From Acidobacteriota bacterium (GTDB lineage Bacteria > Acidobacteriota > Terriglobia > Acidiferrales > UBA7541), in the NCBI GenBank assembly GCA_021780215.1, contig JAJXZD010000174.1, positions 3,286 through 67,285 on the forward strand: a stretch of DNA of 64,000 nt. The letters run 5' to 3'. Both the position numbers and the translations under genes were made by a program. The notes below the pieces were generated by a model. That model was given only the letters and a program-made list of their open reading frames with translations, did no database searches and had not been told where the DNA came from. This document shows, one piece after another, positions 37,084-45,767 of this stretch. Within the stretch, counting starts at the first letter, position 1, and each line of letters begins with the position of its first letter.

Positions 37084-38319
37084 GTGCCGATAGATTCCTC
37101 GAGGGCACGGCTGCACCAGCGGACCGGCTCTCGTGTCGCGACCGAAAGGGGACGGCCCGTGGAGATTGCCTTACTGCAAGAGAAGCTTTCCCAAACCTCG
37201 GAACCAATGCTCACCCTGTATATGGACACCAACCCGCCCGACCGCAGCAGCCATGGGCGAACTCCCGCATATCTTGCCTGGCTGAAGAAGGAAATGAAGC
37301 ATGTGGCGAGCGGCGTGCCTCCGTCGGAGCTGCAATCCTTTCAGGAGCAGATGCGCCGGACGGAGCGGTCGCTGCGCGACATGACGCCCCGTGAGCGCGG
37401 GATTGTCGTCTTCGCCGGCCCGACGACCTGGATCCGCATGTCTCTCCCGCAGGCCTTCGCCAATCAGCTTCAATGGGGCCGGCCGGCACTTGAGCAGTTG
37501 CTCGGAATCGCCACGGGGCGGAAGAACTCCTGCGTAGTAGCGATAGACCGAGCTGGAGCACGTTTCTTCCGGGGAGAAGACGGGGACATGGCTGAACTTC
37601 CCGAGGAGAGATTCGAAATTGACGCTTCGCAGTGGAAGCAGAAGGATCTGGGGCACATGGCGCCGCGAGATACGCACATGCCGCACGGGCCTCAGCGCGA
37701 TCTCTACAAGCGCCGGGTGGATGAGCAATACCGCCGCCTGTGCAAGCACGTGGCGGACCGTACGCGTGCGCTTTGTAGCAAGGAGCTGCCGGCAGCGATT
37801 TTTCTGGTTGGCTCTAGAAAACTCACAGAACTGATCGAGGGGGGACTGCCGACGGATTTGCGCGAGCGCGTCGAGACGATCGTCGAAAACCTGGCGCGGG
37901 TGCCGCCCGAGGATCTGGAACGCCATCTGGGTCCTAGAATGGCCGAGTGGACTTGGGATTTTGCAAAGAGACGCGCGGGCCAGTTGATTGAAGCGGAGCG
38001 CGGAGCGGTGACCGGTCTCGATGAAACTTTGGCCGAGTTGCAAAAGGGAAACATCCGAAGCGTGCTGGTCGTCCGGGGCTTCGACGCCACGCTGCGGCAA
38101 TGCACCAACTGCGGAGCGGTGGGGCGCTCAGCGGATCCGGCCTGCCCCGTGTGCGGTGGAGAGAGGCGGGAAGTAAAGCTCGGCGAAATCCTGCCGGTGC
38201 TGGCGCGGGACCGGAATACCATTCTTGAGGTTCTCGATCGGGAGCCAGCGAAGAAGCTCGTCGAGGCTGGCGGAATCGGCGGCTGGCTCCGTCCCGCACA
38301 GCCAAAGAGGGCGAGATAA
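37084..38319 (+). CDS. Bacterial archaeo-eukaryotic release-factor-like protein (baeRF1/eRF1-Pelota-Vms1 fold) with a C-terminal zinc-ribbon insert
   Basis: The three-domain pattern was recognised by eye: LTLYMDTNP at the N-terminus, VVAIDRAGARFF in the central domain, and the loop HMPHGPQRD with GPQ in the GGQ position (37687-37695). The C-terminal domain carries CTNCGAVGRSADPACPVCGG. The true start may be the GTG at 37159, which has AAGGGGA upstream. Confidence 0.6.
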   Translation: MPIDSSRARLHQRTGSRVATERGRPVEIALLQEKLSQTSEPMLTLYMDTNPPDRSSHGRTPAYLAWLKKEMKHVASGVPPSELQSFQEQMRRTERSLRDMTPRERGIVVFAGPTTWIRMSLPQAFANQLQWGRPALEQLLGIATGRKNSCVVAIDRAGARFFRGEDGDMAELPEERFEIDASQWKQKDLGHMAPRDTHMPHGPQRDLYKRRVDEQYRRLCKHVADRTRALCSKELPAAIFLVGSRKLTELIEGGLPTDLRERVETIVENLARVPPEDLERHLGPRMAEWTWDFAKRRAGQLIEAERGAVTGLDETLAELQKGNIRSVLVVRGFDATLRQCTNCGAVGRSADPACPVCGGERREVKLGEILPVLARDRNTILEVLDREPAKKLVEAGGIGGWLRPAQPKRAR

Positions 38320-38375
38320 AGGCGACCGCATGGATTTCGGGGTAGGATGCAAGCGCAGTGGGCCTCACACCAGGA

Positions 38376-38391
38376 GGTGACCTAGGTCACT
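38376..38391. promoter_or_regulatory. CRP-type site GGTGA-CCTAGG-TCACT containing the perfect 14-bp palindrome GTGACCTAGGTCAC (site E)
   Basis: Matches the consensus at 8 of 10 positions with perfect dyad symmetry. It lies in a 385-bp gap with no annotated gene, upstream of the ACD-like gene. Confidence 0.4.
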
Positions 38392-38704
38392 GAAAGGCTG
38401 CCGGAGCGGCGTGATCCTCTTTTTGGGGAGAGTCGAGCGCATCGCGTCCGGCTAGCATCCCGGTTCAGGCGGCGGTCGAACGACGCGCGAAGTCTCCAGT
38501 GCCCTTGAAAGAAGGGGCGTCCAACATGATGAGAAAGCTGGCAACACCAAGGAGAAAGCGCAAGGCCGGCGTGAGCGTGAAAAGGCGGCATGCAAGGCCG
38601 CGAGTGCGAGGGAAGCAACTTTCGAAACTCGAGTTGACCAACTACCTACTCGAGAATCATCCGGAAATCGGTTCTTAGGGCGCTTCCGAAAGGGCGAACT
38701 GCGA

Positions 38705-39199
38705 ATGGAAGGCAGAGCAGCCAATGCGGGCACAGGTGGAGTCGGCTTCGCAAAGGTGACGGTTGGCGATGCCGCTCAATGCGAACAGCGCCTCTCCGCC
38801 GCTATCGCCCGGCGCGCCGAGGAAATTGCCCGGCATCGCGGGGCGTCCGCTGGCGACGCTGCGGAAGACCGGCGGCTTGCGGAGAAGGACATTGTGCGTC
38901 CCTTTTGCGGCGGCATCTTGGAATCCAAGGAAGGATTCACCGTTTCGCTGTGCAGGTCGAGTTTTGCCCCGGAGGAAATCGAGGTGTGCGCCGAGCCCCG
39001 GCGTTTGATCGTAATCGAGATGAAGAAGACCCCTGCGGAAGCGAGCGAGCGACCCACGGTTTTTCGGGTTCTGCCTTTGCACCGCGAGTGCGATCCTTCC
39101 TCGCTGGCCATCCATAGGCGGGGCTCCATCTTCGAACTCGAGTTGCACAATCCACCGGTCTCGAAGGAACAGAGGTACGCCGCGCGCGGCAAGCCATGA
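38705..39199 (+). CDS. Hypothetical protein with a possible alpha-crystallin-like C-terminal domain
   Basis: 164 aa. The C-terminal part (FTVSLCRSSFAPEEIEVCAEPRRLIVIEMKK..VFRVLPLHRECDPSSLAIHRRGSIFELELH) resembles the Hsp20 strand pattern. The competing minus-strand ORFs are R/P/S-rich. Confidence 0.4.
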   Translation: MEGRAANAGTGGVGFAKVTVGDAAQCEQRLSAAIARRAEEIARHRGASAGDAAEDRRLAEKDIVRPFCGGILESKEGFTVSLCRSSFAPEEIEVCAEPRRLIVIEMKKTPAEASERPTVFRVLPLHRECDPSSLAIHRRGSIFELELHNPPVSKEQRYAARGKP

Positions 39200-39364
39200 T
39201 ACTTTTCTGCGGCAGGATGCCGCGCGTCCGGCAAATCCGTTTGCGGCTCTTCGGGGAGTGAGGCACAATAAACGCATGCGGAGCAGCAAGCTGGGTTTCG
39301 GGCCAGCCGCGGCCGCAAATTGAGGCGCGCCTGGCCAGGGATTCTACAGGCAAAAGGAGGCTGG

Positions 39365-39754
39365 ATGCTGATCAGCAAGCAGTCCATATCCTCGGGCGTT
39401 TCGCATTTGAGCAGGAAAGCCTGGCTTCGGGGCATTGGGGGGTTAGGAATCATAGCGTTGGCGATTGCCATGCCGGTTTCGCTGGCGAAGGGCGCAACCG
39501 ACGAGGCCGGGAAGTCGTTGTTCAAGGCGAACTGTGCCGTCTGCCATGGGGATGACGGAACCGGCACGGCAACGGGCAGGGCATTGAACGCTCCTGATTT
39601 GCATTCGGAGGCCGTCCAGAAGTTGACGGACGCCCAGATTGCAGATCAGATCAACAGCGGAAAGAACAACATGCCCCCGTTCCGGAACTCGCTGAGCCAG
39701 GCGCAAGTGAAAGAGCTTGTCTCTTTTGTCCGCACTTTCGGCAAGAAGAAGTAG
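39365..39754 (+). CDS. Secreted class-I c-type cytochrome
   Basis: The ATG at 39365 follows AAAGGAGG. It has a signal peptide, a CAVCHG motif and the distal segment NNMPPF. Confidence 0.8.
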   Translation: MLISKQSISSGVSHLSRKAWLRGIGGLGIIALAIAMPVSLAKGATDEAGKSLFKANCAVCHGDDGTGTATGRALNAPDLHSEAVQKLTDAQIADQINSGKNNMPPFRNSLSQAQVKELVSFVRTFGKKK

Positions 39755-39885
39755 GGGTTTTCCCCATCGGCCTTTTTGTCCCACGGTCTGTGTTGCCGGG
39801 AAGTGCAGATTTCCAGAGAGGGGTCACGCCACGAGGCTGGCCCCCTGAACCTTCCGCGTTGAGTGTTCTTGAGGGCGCGGTCAGC

Positions 39886-41073
39886 TTATAGACTGGCAAG
39901 GCAATCCAGCAGCCGGCGGCTTCCTTCCTCGAACACTTCGGCCGGCGTAAGCAGGCTGAGGACTAGAAACCCGTCGCCCGGGAAATTGTAGAAATGTCCC
40001 GGGTGGACCGAAACAAGGTGCTGCTCCAGCAGTCGGATGGCGAGCGCCTCGTCCGATTCCACAGCAGGAACGCGCAAGACGGCGTACCATCCCCCCTCCA
40101 ATTCCAGGCGCGTGGCGCAATTTCGGGCTGCAAGGCGTGTGTCGAGATAATCGAGGTTGGTCTGAATACGGCGCCGGATCTGCGCCTGCATCGAGGCACG
40201 CTGGCCGAGGAGCGTAGGCAGAGCACGCTGCACCGGGGAATTGAGTGAAAGAAATGTGTCGGCAATGATTTCGAGCCGAGCCAGTGCGTCCTGCACCAGT
40301 GAATCAGGGCCCTCCGCAGCGATCCACGCCACCTTGCATTGCGGCAGCGCGGATATTTTGCTCAGCCCGCTCAAGACAAATGTCAGCGCGGAGGCATTGG
40401 AGGCGAAAGTTCCGCAGCGCATCTGGCTAGCTGCGGGGGGCGGCACCGCGTAGTCAAAGAACACTTCGTCCACTACGAGCGCGAGTCCGCGCTCGCGGCA
40501 GATGTCGTTCAATTGTGCGGCCTCATCCGTCTTTACAAAGTGCCCCGTGGGATTATTCGGATGGACGAGCAGGATTGCACGGGTCCGCGCGCTGATGGCC
40601 TCGCGCAGCGCGTGAAAATCCATCTGCCAGCCGTGGTCATACAGCAGGTGAAATGGGCGAAGTTGCACATCCTGAATGTCCGCCAGGAAATCGAACAGGG
40701 GATAGCTCGGGTGGGCGATAACGACCTCATCCCCCGGCTCGCACAGCAGGCGAAAGAGGAAGGAGTATGCCTCACTCGTCCCCGTGGTCAGGATGAGATG
40801 GGCCGGATCGAAATGTGCGCCCGGCACCTTGTCCTGGTAATAGCCGGCGACGGCCTCCCGGGCTGAGAGCAGGCCCTTCGGATCCGGCGAATAAACCAGC
40901 GCGGCCGGATCTCGCAGAGACTCCAAAATCATTTCAGCATCATAATGGAATCCGCAGGTGGTAGGGTTCGAGACGGTCAGGTCGAGGATGGGCTCTCCGC
41001 TCTGCCGGAGGCGATGCAGAGCGCGCGTGTAAGCGTTTTCGTCGAGCTTCCAGTTCGTGCGTCTGGCAAACAT
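39886..41073 (-). CDS. Class I/II PLP-dependent aminotransferase
   Basis: Internal ATG at 41073 (MFARRTNWKLDENAY). Contains LVHPNNPTG and LSGLSKISALPQ, which carries the PLP lysine. Confidence 0.8.
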   Translation of the reverse strand: MFARRTNWKLDENAYTRALHRLRQSGEPILDLTVSNPTTCGFHYDAEMILESLRDPAALVYSPDPKGLLSAREAVAGYYQDKVPGAHFDPAHLILTTGTSEAYSFLFRLLCEPGDEVVIAHPSYPLFDFLADIQDVQLRPFHLLYDHGWQMDFHALREAISARTRAILLVHPNNPTGHFVKTDEAAQLNDICRERGLALVVDEVFFDYAVPPPAASQMRCGTFASNASALTFVLSGLSKISALPQCKVAWIAAEGPDSLVQDALARLEIIADTFLSLNSPVQRALPTLLGQRASMQAQIRRRIQTNLDYLDTRLAARNCATRLELEGGWYAVLRVPAVESDEALAIRLLEQHLVSVHPGHFYNFPGDGFLVLSLLTPAEVFEEGSRRLLDCLASL

Positions 41074-41161
41074 GGCGGCTCTCTTGGGCCCGGCTTGCTC
41101 TTCCCTCTGCGCCCATCCGGGAGAACTCCCGCACTTGCTCTTCCGGTTGATGAGCCGGGAG

Positions 41162-41596
41162 CTAAGAAGATTTTCTGCCGGGGCTGTCCAGCAACATATA
41201 AGTGACGAGCGCGGTACCCGCCATCCGTTTATGCCCGTCCATGATGTCCACACGCCCGACACACAGCGTGGAGCCCACGCGGAGAAGCCGGCAGCGTGCG
41301 AAGACGCGCCCGCCGGAAACAGGGCGCAGATAATTGATTTTCAGCTCGACGGTGGTGAAAGGACGCTGGCTGCCCAGGTGCCAATGGAGCCCGGCCCCGA
41401 CGGCTACGTCCGCCAGAGAGGCGCCCACTCCGCCATGGAGAACTCCCACGCTGTTCTGCAGGCCCTTGCGAATTCTGCATTCGATGGTGATGCCGTCGCG
41501 ATGAATTTGGGTGAGCCGGATCCCCAGCAGACCGGCGAAATGAATTTTGTGGAGGACGCGGCGGAGCTGGGCTGCGGTGAGCTTGCGATGGCTCAT
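41162..41596 (-). CDS. PaaI-family hotdog-fold thioesterase
   Basis: Internal ATG at 41596. The motif VLHGGVGASLADVAVG is characteristic of the family. Confidence 0.75.
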   Translation of the reverse strand: MSHRKLTAAQLRRVLHKIHFAGLLGIRLTQIHRDGITIECRIRKGLQNSVGVLHGGVGASLADVAVGAGLHWHLGSQRPFTTVELKINYLRPVSGGRVFARCRLLRVGSTLCVGRVDIMDGHKRMAGTALVTYMLLDSPGRKSS

Positions 41597-41677
41597 GAGA
41601 CTGGCTAGCGCCGCCCGCCCAAAATGCGAACGCCACGATGAGAAAGGGACGCTTTCCACGAGGCTCGTCGCAGTACT

Positions 41678-42886
41678 TTACAGCACGCGTTCATGGGGGT
41701 AGCCTGCCGCATCGAGAGCGGTCGTAAGTTCGTCCACCTGGTCGGGGCCGCGGGTTTCCATCGTGATGTCAATCACGGTATCTCCGAGGACCACTCCGTA
41801 GTAGGCCCGGTCGTAGTTGGTTTCGACGATGTTGGCCTTGTGATCTGCGATCACCGTCGCCAGCCTGGCCAGGGCGCCGGGGTGGTCCGGCAGATGGATT
41901 CGCAGCCGCACCAGGCGGCCATCCTGGACCAAGCCGCGCTCGATGATGCGTGACAGTAGCGAGACATCAATGTTTCCACCGCCCACGAAGACTCCGATGC
42001 GCTTGCCCCGATGCGGAATCTTGTGCCGAACAACGGCGGCCGTGGCCACTGCGCCGGCGCCTTCCGTGAGCGTCTTTTCCTTTTCGAGGAGCAGGAGGAT
42101 GGCGTTGGCGATCTCTTCGTCTTCCACGGTGACGATGTCGTCCACGTACTTCTGCACCATCGGCAAGGTGAGGTCTCCGGCGCGCCGGACCGCGATGCCG
42201 TCCGCGATCGTCATTTTGGCGGGCAGCGTGACGGGGGCCTTGCTCTCAAGCGCCGCCTTCATGGAAGGGAGTTTCGAGGTCTGCACGCCGATCACCTGCA
42301 CCTTTGGATTGATCTCCTTGACGGCGCAGGCTACCCCGGCAATCAACCCTCCTCCACCCACCGGGACAACGAAAACCTCGATATCCGGCTGCTGTTGCAG
42401 CATCTCGATGCCTGCGGTGCCCTGGCCGGCAATGACCGCTTCGTCGTCAAACGGATGGATGAATGTGAGATGTTGCTCGGAGCAGCGGCGCAGCGCCTCT
42501 TCGCACGCCTCATCGTAATTTGCGCCGCAGAGAATCACTTCGGCGCCGTAGTCCCGCGTGGCGGACACTTTGACGAGGGGAGTCGTCAGCGGCATGCAGA
42601 TCTGCGCCGCGATGCCGCGCTTGGACGAGTGGTACGCGACGGCCTGCGCGTGATTGCCGGCCGACGCGGCGATCACGCCGCGCCGTCGCTCCTCTTCAGA
42701 GAGCAGGAGAATCTTGTTGAGCGCTCCGCGCTCCTTGAAGGCGCCGGTCATTTGCAGGTTATCCAGCTTGAAATAGACCGAATTCCCGGTGAGCTTCGAG
42801 AAGGTCTCGGAGCGCATGAAGGGGGAGAGAAAGACGGAATCGCGGATTCGTTCCGTGGCCTTCCGAATTGATTCGAGAGTCACCAT
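41678..42886 (-). CDS. ilvA: Threonine ammonia-lyase (threonine dehydratase) with a C-terminal ACT-like domain
   Basis: Internal ATG at 42886 (MVTLESIRKA). The PLP lysine motif is TGAFKERGA. SAGNHAQ and GGGGL are also present. Confidence 0.85.
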   Translation of the reverse strand: MVTLESIRKATERIRDSVFLSPFMRSETFSKLTGNSVYFKLDNLQMTGAFKERGALNKILLLSEEERRRGVIAASAGNHAQAVAYHSSKRGIAAQICMPLTTPLVKVSATRDYGAEVILCGANYDEACEEALRRCSEQHLTFIHPFDDEAVIAGQGTAGIEMLQQQPDIEVFVVPVGGGGLIAGVACAVKEINPKVQVIGVQTSKLPSMKAALESKAPVTLPAKMTIADGIAVRRAGDLTLPMVQKYVDDIVTVEDEEIANAILLLLEKEKTLTEGAGAVATAAVVRHKIPHRGKRIGVFVGGGNIDVSLLSRIIERGLVQDGRLVRLRIHLPDHPGALARLATVIADHKANIVETNYDRAYYGVVLGDTVIDITMETRGPDQVDELTTALDAAGYPHERVL

Positions 42887-42953
42887 AACGCAAGGGCCCG
42901 TGCGCCGGGCACAAGCACTCGATTTTACACGGGATGAGCGGCGGTGGGGTTCT

Positions 42954-42990
42954 GAAAATGAAACCGGCCACCAAGCGGGGCCGCCGGCTT
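42954..42990 (-). terminator. Possible intrinsic terminator after the LLM oxidoreductase gene
   Basis: The minus strand reads AAGCCGGC-14 nt loop-GCCGGUUU followed by CAUUUUC. It lies in the gap between the stop at 43017 and the ilvA start. Confidence 0.35.
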
Positions 42991-43016
42991 TTCGCACCCG
43001 GCCGAGTCGTCGGGAA

Positions 43017-44147
43017 TCAGGAGGCTCTGGCAAAGGGCTGGCGCAGCCCCGCCTGCTCCAGCAGAGGCAGCACCTCCCGGCAAAAACGCTCCAGACCGTC
43101 CACGTAATCCACCCAGGTCATAATGATGCCGTCAATGCCGACGCGAGAGATGGCCGCCAGTTCTTCGGCGATGCTTTGCGCCGTTCCAATCAGCGGGTGC
43201 CCCGCGCCGACGGCCATTCTGCGGCGCATGGCGGCGAGCAGCTCCGACCCGGCGGGAATGTTGTTCTCCATGCTGATGGTTCGCATGATGCTGTCGAGGC
43301 ATTCCACGTCGAGGTACTCGACGGAATAGCGGTGCAGGTAGGCTTGGGCGGCCTCCAGCGTCTCGCGTTGGACCACCGCAACGTTCGTCCACAGCTGGAT
43401 TTCACGCCCAAACTCCTCACGGGCCATCCGCTTATAATTTTCAACCTGAGGACGCCAGTCCTCCGGGCGCTCTCCCTGCGGGCTGATCAGCCCGATGTCG
43501 GAATTTTTTGCCGAGAAGCGCATCCCGGTGGGGGAGAGCGCCGCGTTCATGATCGGAACCCCTCCCTGCTGGAGCGGCTGAGGGCGGGAAAGAGCTTTTT
43601 TCATCCGGAAAAACCGCGACTCGATGTCGAACTCGCCCGGATCGGTCCAGAGCCTGCGCACCAGCTGAAGCCATTCCTCGAGATAGACGTAGCGCTGGTC
43701 GTGCTCCATCAGGTTGATGCCGAACATGTCGAATTCGCGCCGGTTCCAGCCGCCCACAATATTGAGCGAACAACGTCCTCCGGAGATGGCATCAATCGTG
43801 GCGCACTGCTTGGCCACGACGAGCGGATGGATCGTGGGAGCGTGCGAAGTGGCGAAAATGGAGGAATAGCGGGTGGCTTGGGCCAAACCGGCCGCCCAGG
43901 TGAAAACGTCGAACACGTCATTCGAAAAGTGCTCGGGGCGGCCATCGAGATAGCCCTTCCAGCGGGCGATGGGAACAATGGCTTCCAAACCGGCATTGTC
44001 CGCCAGACGCGCCGCGGCCAGAGAATTTGCCCAGGAAGCGTCGCGCCTTTCGGGTACAAAGGTCATGTTGGAGACCGTATTGGTGCAAAATGTGCCCAGT
44101 TTTAGCTTATTGTTGTTGAAGATGGGGTTGGTGTCTGCACGTGTCAT
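43017..44147 (-). CDS. Luciferase-like (LLM class) flavin-dependent monooxygenase
   Basis: MTRADTNPIFNNNKLKLGTFCTN is the typical NtaA/DszA/SnaA-like N-terminus. The start could instead be 44156 or 44204. Confidence 0.75.
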   Translation of the reverse strand: MTRADTNPIFNNNKLKLGTFCTNTVSNMTFVPERRDASWANSLAAARLADNAGLEAIVPIARWKGYLDGRPEHFSNDVFDVFTWAAGLAQATRYSSIFATSHAPTIHPLVVAKQCATIDAISGGRCSLNIVGGWNRREFDMFGINLMEHDQRYVYLEEWLQLVRRLWTDPGEFDIESRFFRMKKALSRPQPLQQGGVPIMNAALSPTGMRFSAKNSDIGLISPQGERPEDWRPQVENYKRMAREEFGREIQLWTNVAVVQRETLEAAQAYLHRYSVEYLDVECLDSIMRTISMENNIPAGSELLAAMRRRMAVGAGHPLIGTAQSIAEELAAISRVGIDGIIMTWVDYVDGLERFCREVLPLLEQAGLRQPFARAS

Positions 44148-44261
44148 GCCGGACATTCTGCCAAAGTTCATTCGCTTTACCAACGTGAACATGCGGCAGT
44201 TCAATCTCCGGGTGTGTTTGAGCTATTCTAGCGGCGGCGGAGCATACAGGAGGCGCCGATC

Positions 44262-45746
44262 ATGATGAGGTTGCAGCAGCGGACGGGCGGGCAATGGCTG
44301 GCGGCGGTGTTAATCATTACCCTGGCTGCGGCGACCTTGTCGGCCGGCACCGTAGTCCCCCAATTTCCCGATCCCGGGAATCCGAGCATGACCCGGGAAC
44401 AGCAGGAGCAGCTCGGGCTGAAAGCCGCGGCCCAGGTCTATCAGCAGATGCCCATTCTTCCCGATACAAGTCCGGAGACGAAATATATTCAGGCGCTGGG
44501 CAAGCGTCTCGTCGCCACCATCCCGCCGGAGCATTCCTGGCCCTTTCAATTTCACACCGTCGCGGAGAAAGATATCAACGCCTTCGCGCTTCCCGGCGGC
44601 CCGATGTTTGTGAACGTGGGGACGATCCGGGCGGCGGACAACGAAGCGGAGCTGGCCGGCGTGATGGCCCATGAGATGGGCCACGTCTACATGCAGCACA
44701 CCGCCAAGCAGCAGGGAAAACAGTCGGTGCTTGGCGGCATCGCGGACATCGTTGGGGCGATCGCGGGCGGGCTGGGCGGCGCCTGGGGAGGGCTGGCGCA
44801 GACGGGAATCCAGTTTGGAGCGGGCACGCTGCTGCTGAAATATTCGCGCGAGGATGAAGCGCAGGCGGACGCCGTGGGCGCCATCATCCTTTGGAAGGCA
44901 GGATATGACCCCGTTGCTCTGGCGGATTTTTTTGAAAAGATCGCGGCGCAGGGAGGCACGGGGCCTCAGTTTCTCAGCGACCACCCCAACCCGGGCAATC
45001 GCCGGGCAGCCATCGAGAAGGAGGCCAAGAATTGGCCTCCGAAAACATATATGGGCAATACCGCCCAATTTGCGGCCGTGCGGAAGGACGCCGAGAGCGT
45101 GCGCGTCTATACCGCGCAGGAAATCGCCGACGGGGCCAAGGCGGGTAAATGGGCGGCGATGAATCAGAAGAATGGCGCCGTGTTTCCCGGCGCGGCGGCA
45201 GCAGCGACTGCCGGGGCATCTGGCGGGGCGAGCGTTCCGTCCGCCGCTATCACGGACGTCCAGCCCAACTCGGTCTTCGTCAACGCGAACCTGGGAACGC
45301 TGACCATCAATCGCCCTGATAACTGGCCCGTAATGCAGGGGCGGCAATCCGATTCCGCCACGATCGCTCCGGCGGCGGGAGTGTCCGGCAGCGCGGTGGC
45401 CTATGGCGTGGTGATTCAGACCGTCGCGGAGCCGAGCCCGAACGCGAGTCTGGACGAGCTCATTGCCTCGGTGGTCAAGACTCTGGAAAGTGGCGATAAG
45501 AACATGAAGCAGGACGGCGGCGTGCAATCAGTGACCGTGAACGGAATCTCTGCAGCCTCCATGTATCTGAAAACGGTCTCTCCGATGCCCGGCTCGGATG
45601 GCAAGCCGCAGCCCGAGCGCGATCGGCTCGTCACGGTTCCGCGCGGAGGAGGAAAAGCCATCGCTCTTATCTTCGTTGCGCCGCTCGCCCATTTCGAGCA
45701 GATGAGGCCGACGTTCGAGAAAATGCTCTACAGCGTTCAGTTTTAA
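44262..45746 (+). CDS. Secreted M48-family zinc metallopeptidase with a C-terminal extension
   Basis: 494 aa with a signal peptide. The zinc motif is AGVMAHEMGHV, and EDEAQAD lies downstream. Confidence 0.85.
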   Translation: MMRLQQRTGGQWLAAVLIITLAAATLSAGTVVPQFPDPGNPSMTREQQEQLGLKAAAQVYQQMPILPDTSPETKYIQALGKRLVATIPPEHSWPFQFHTVAEKDINAFALPGGPMFVNVGTIRAADNEAELAGVMAHEMGHVYMQHTAKQQGKQSVLGGIADIVGAIAGGLGGAWGGLAQTGIQFGAGTLLLKYSREDEAQADAVGAIILWKAGYDPVALADFFEKIAAQGGTGPQFLSDHPNPGNRRAAIEKEAKNWPPKTYMGNTAQFAAVRKDAESVRVYTAQEIADGAKAGKWAAMNQKNGAVFPGAAAAATAGASGGASVPSAAITDVQPNSVFVNANLGTLTINRPDNWPVMQGRQSDSATIAPAAGVSGSAVAYGVVIQTVAEPSPNASLDELIASVVKTLESGDKNMKQDGGVQSVTVNGISAASMYLKTVSPMPGSDGKPQPERDRLVTVPRGGGKAIALIFVAPLAHFEQMRPTFEKMLYSVQF

Positions 45747-45767
45747 GGGAAGCGGGAGCTCGGCCAT

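Noticed and set aside
38675-39567. Minus-strand ORFs of 204 aa and 263 aa.
   Set aside because: They have R/P/S/A-rich composition and mutually overlapping frames. The plus-strand ACD-like ORF and the cytochrome c gene explain the region better, although the ACD-like call is itself only moderate.
42789-45527. 438-aa plus-strand ORF and 405-aa minus-strand ORF.
   Set aside because: They lie antisense to the LLM oxidoreductase and the M48 peptidase genes respectively, and they are Arg/Gly-rich. The same reasoning applies to ORFs 29590-30765, 37171-38100, 48355-49278, 55282-56361 and 58784-59917.
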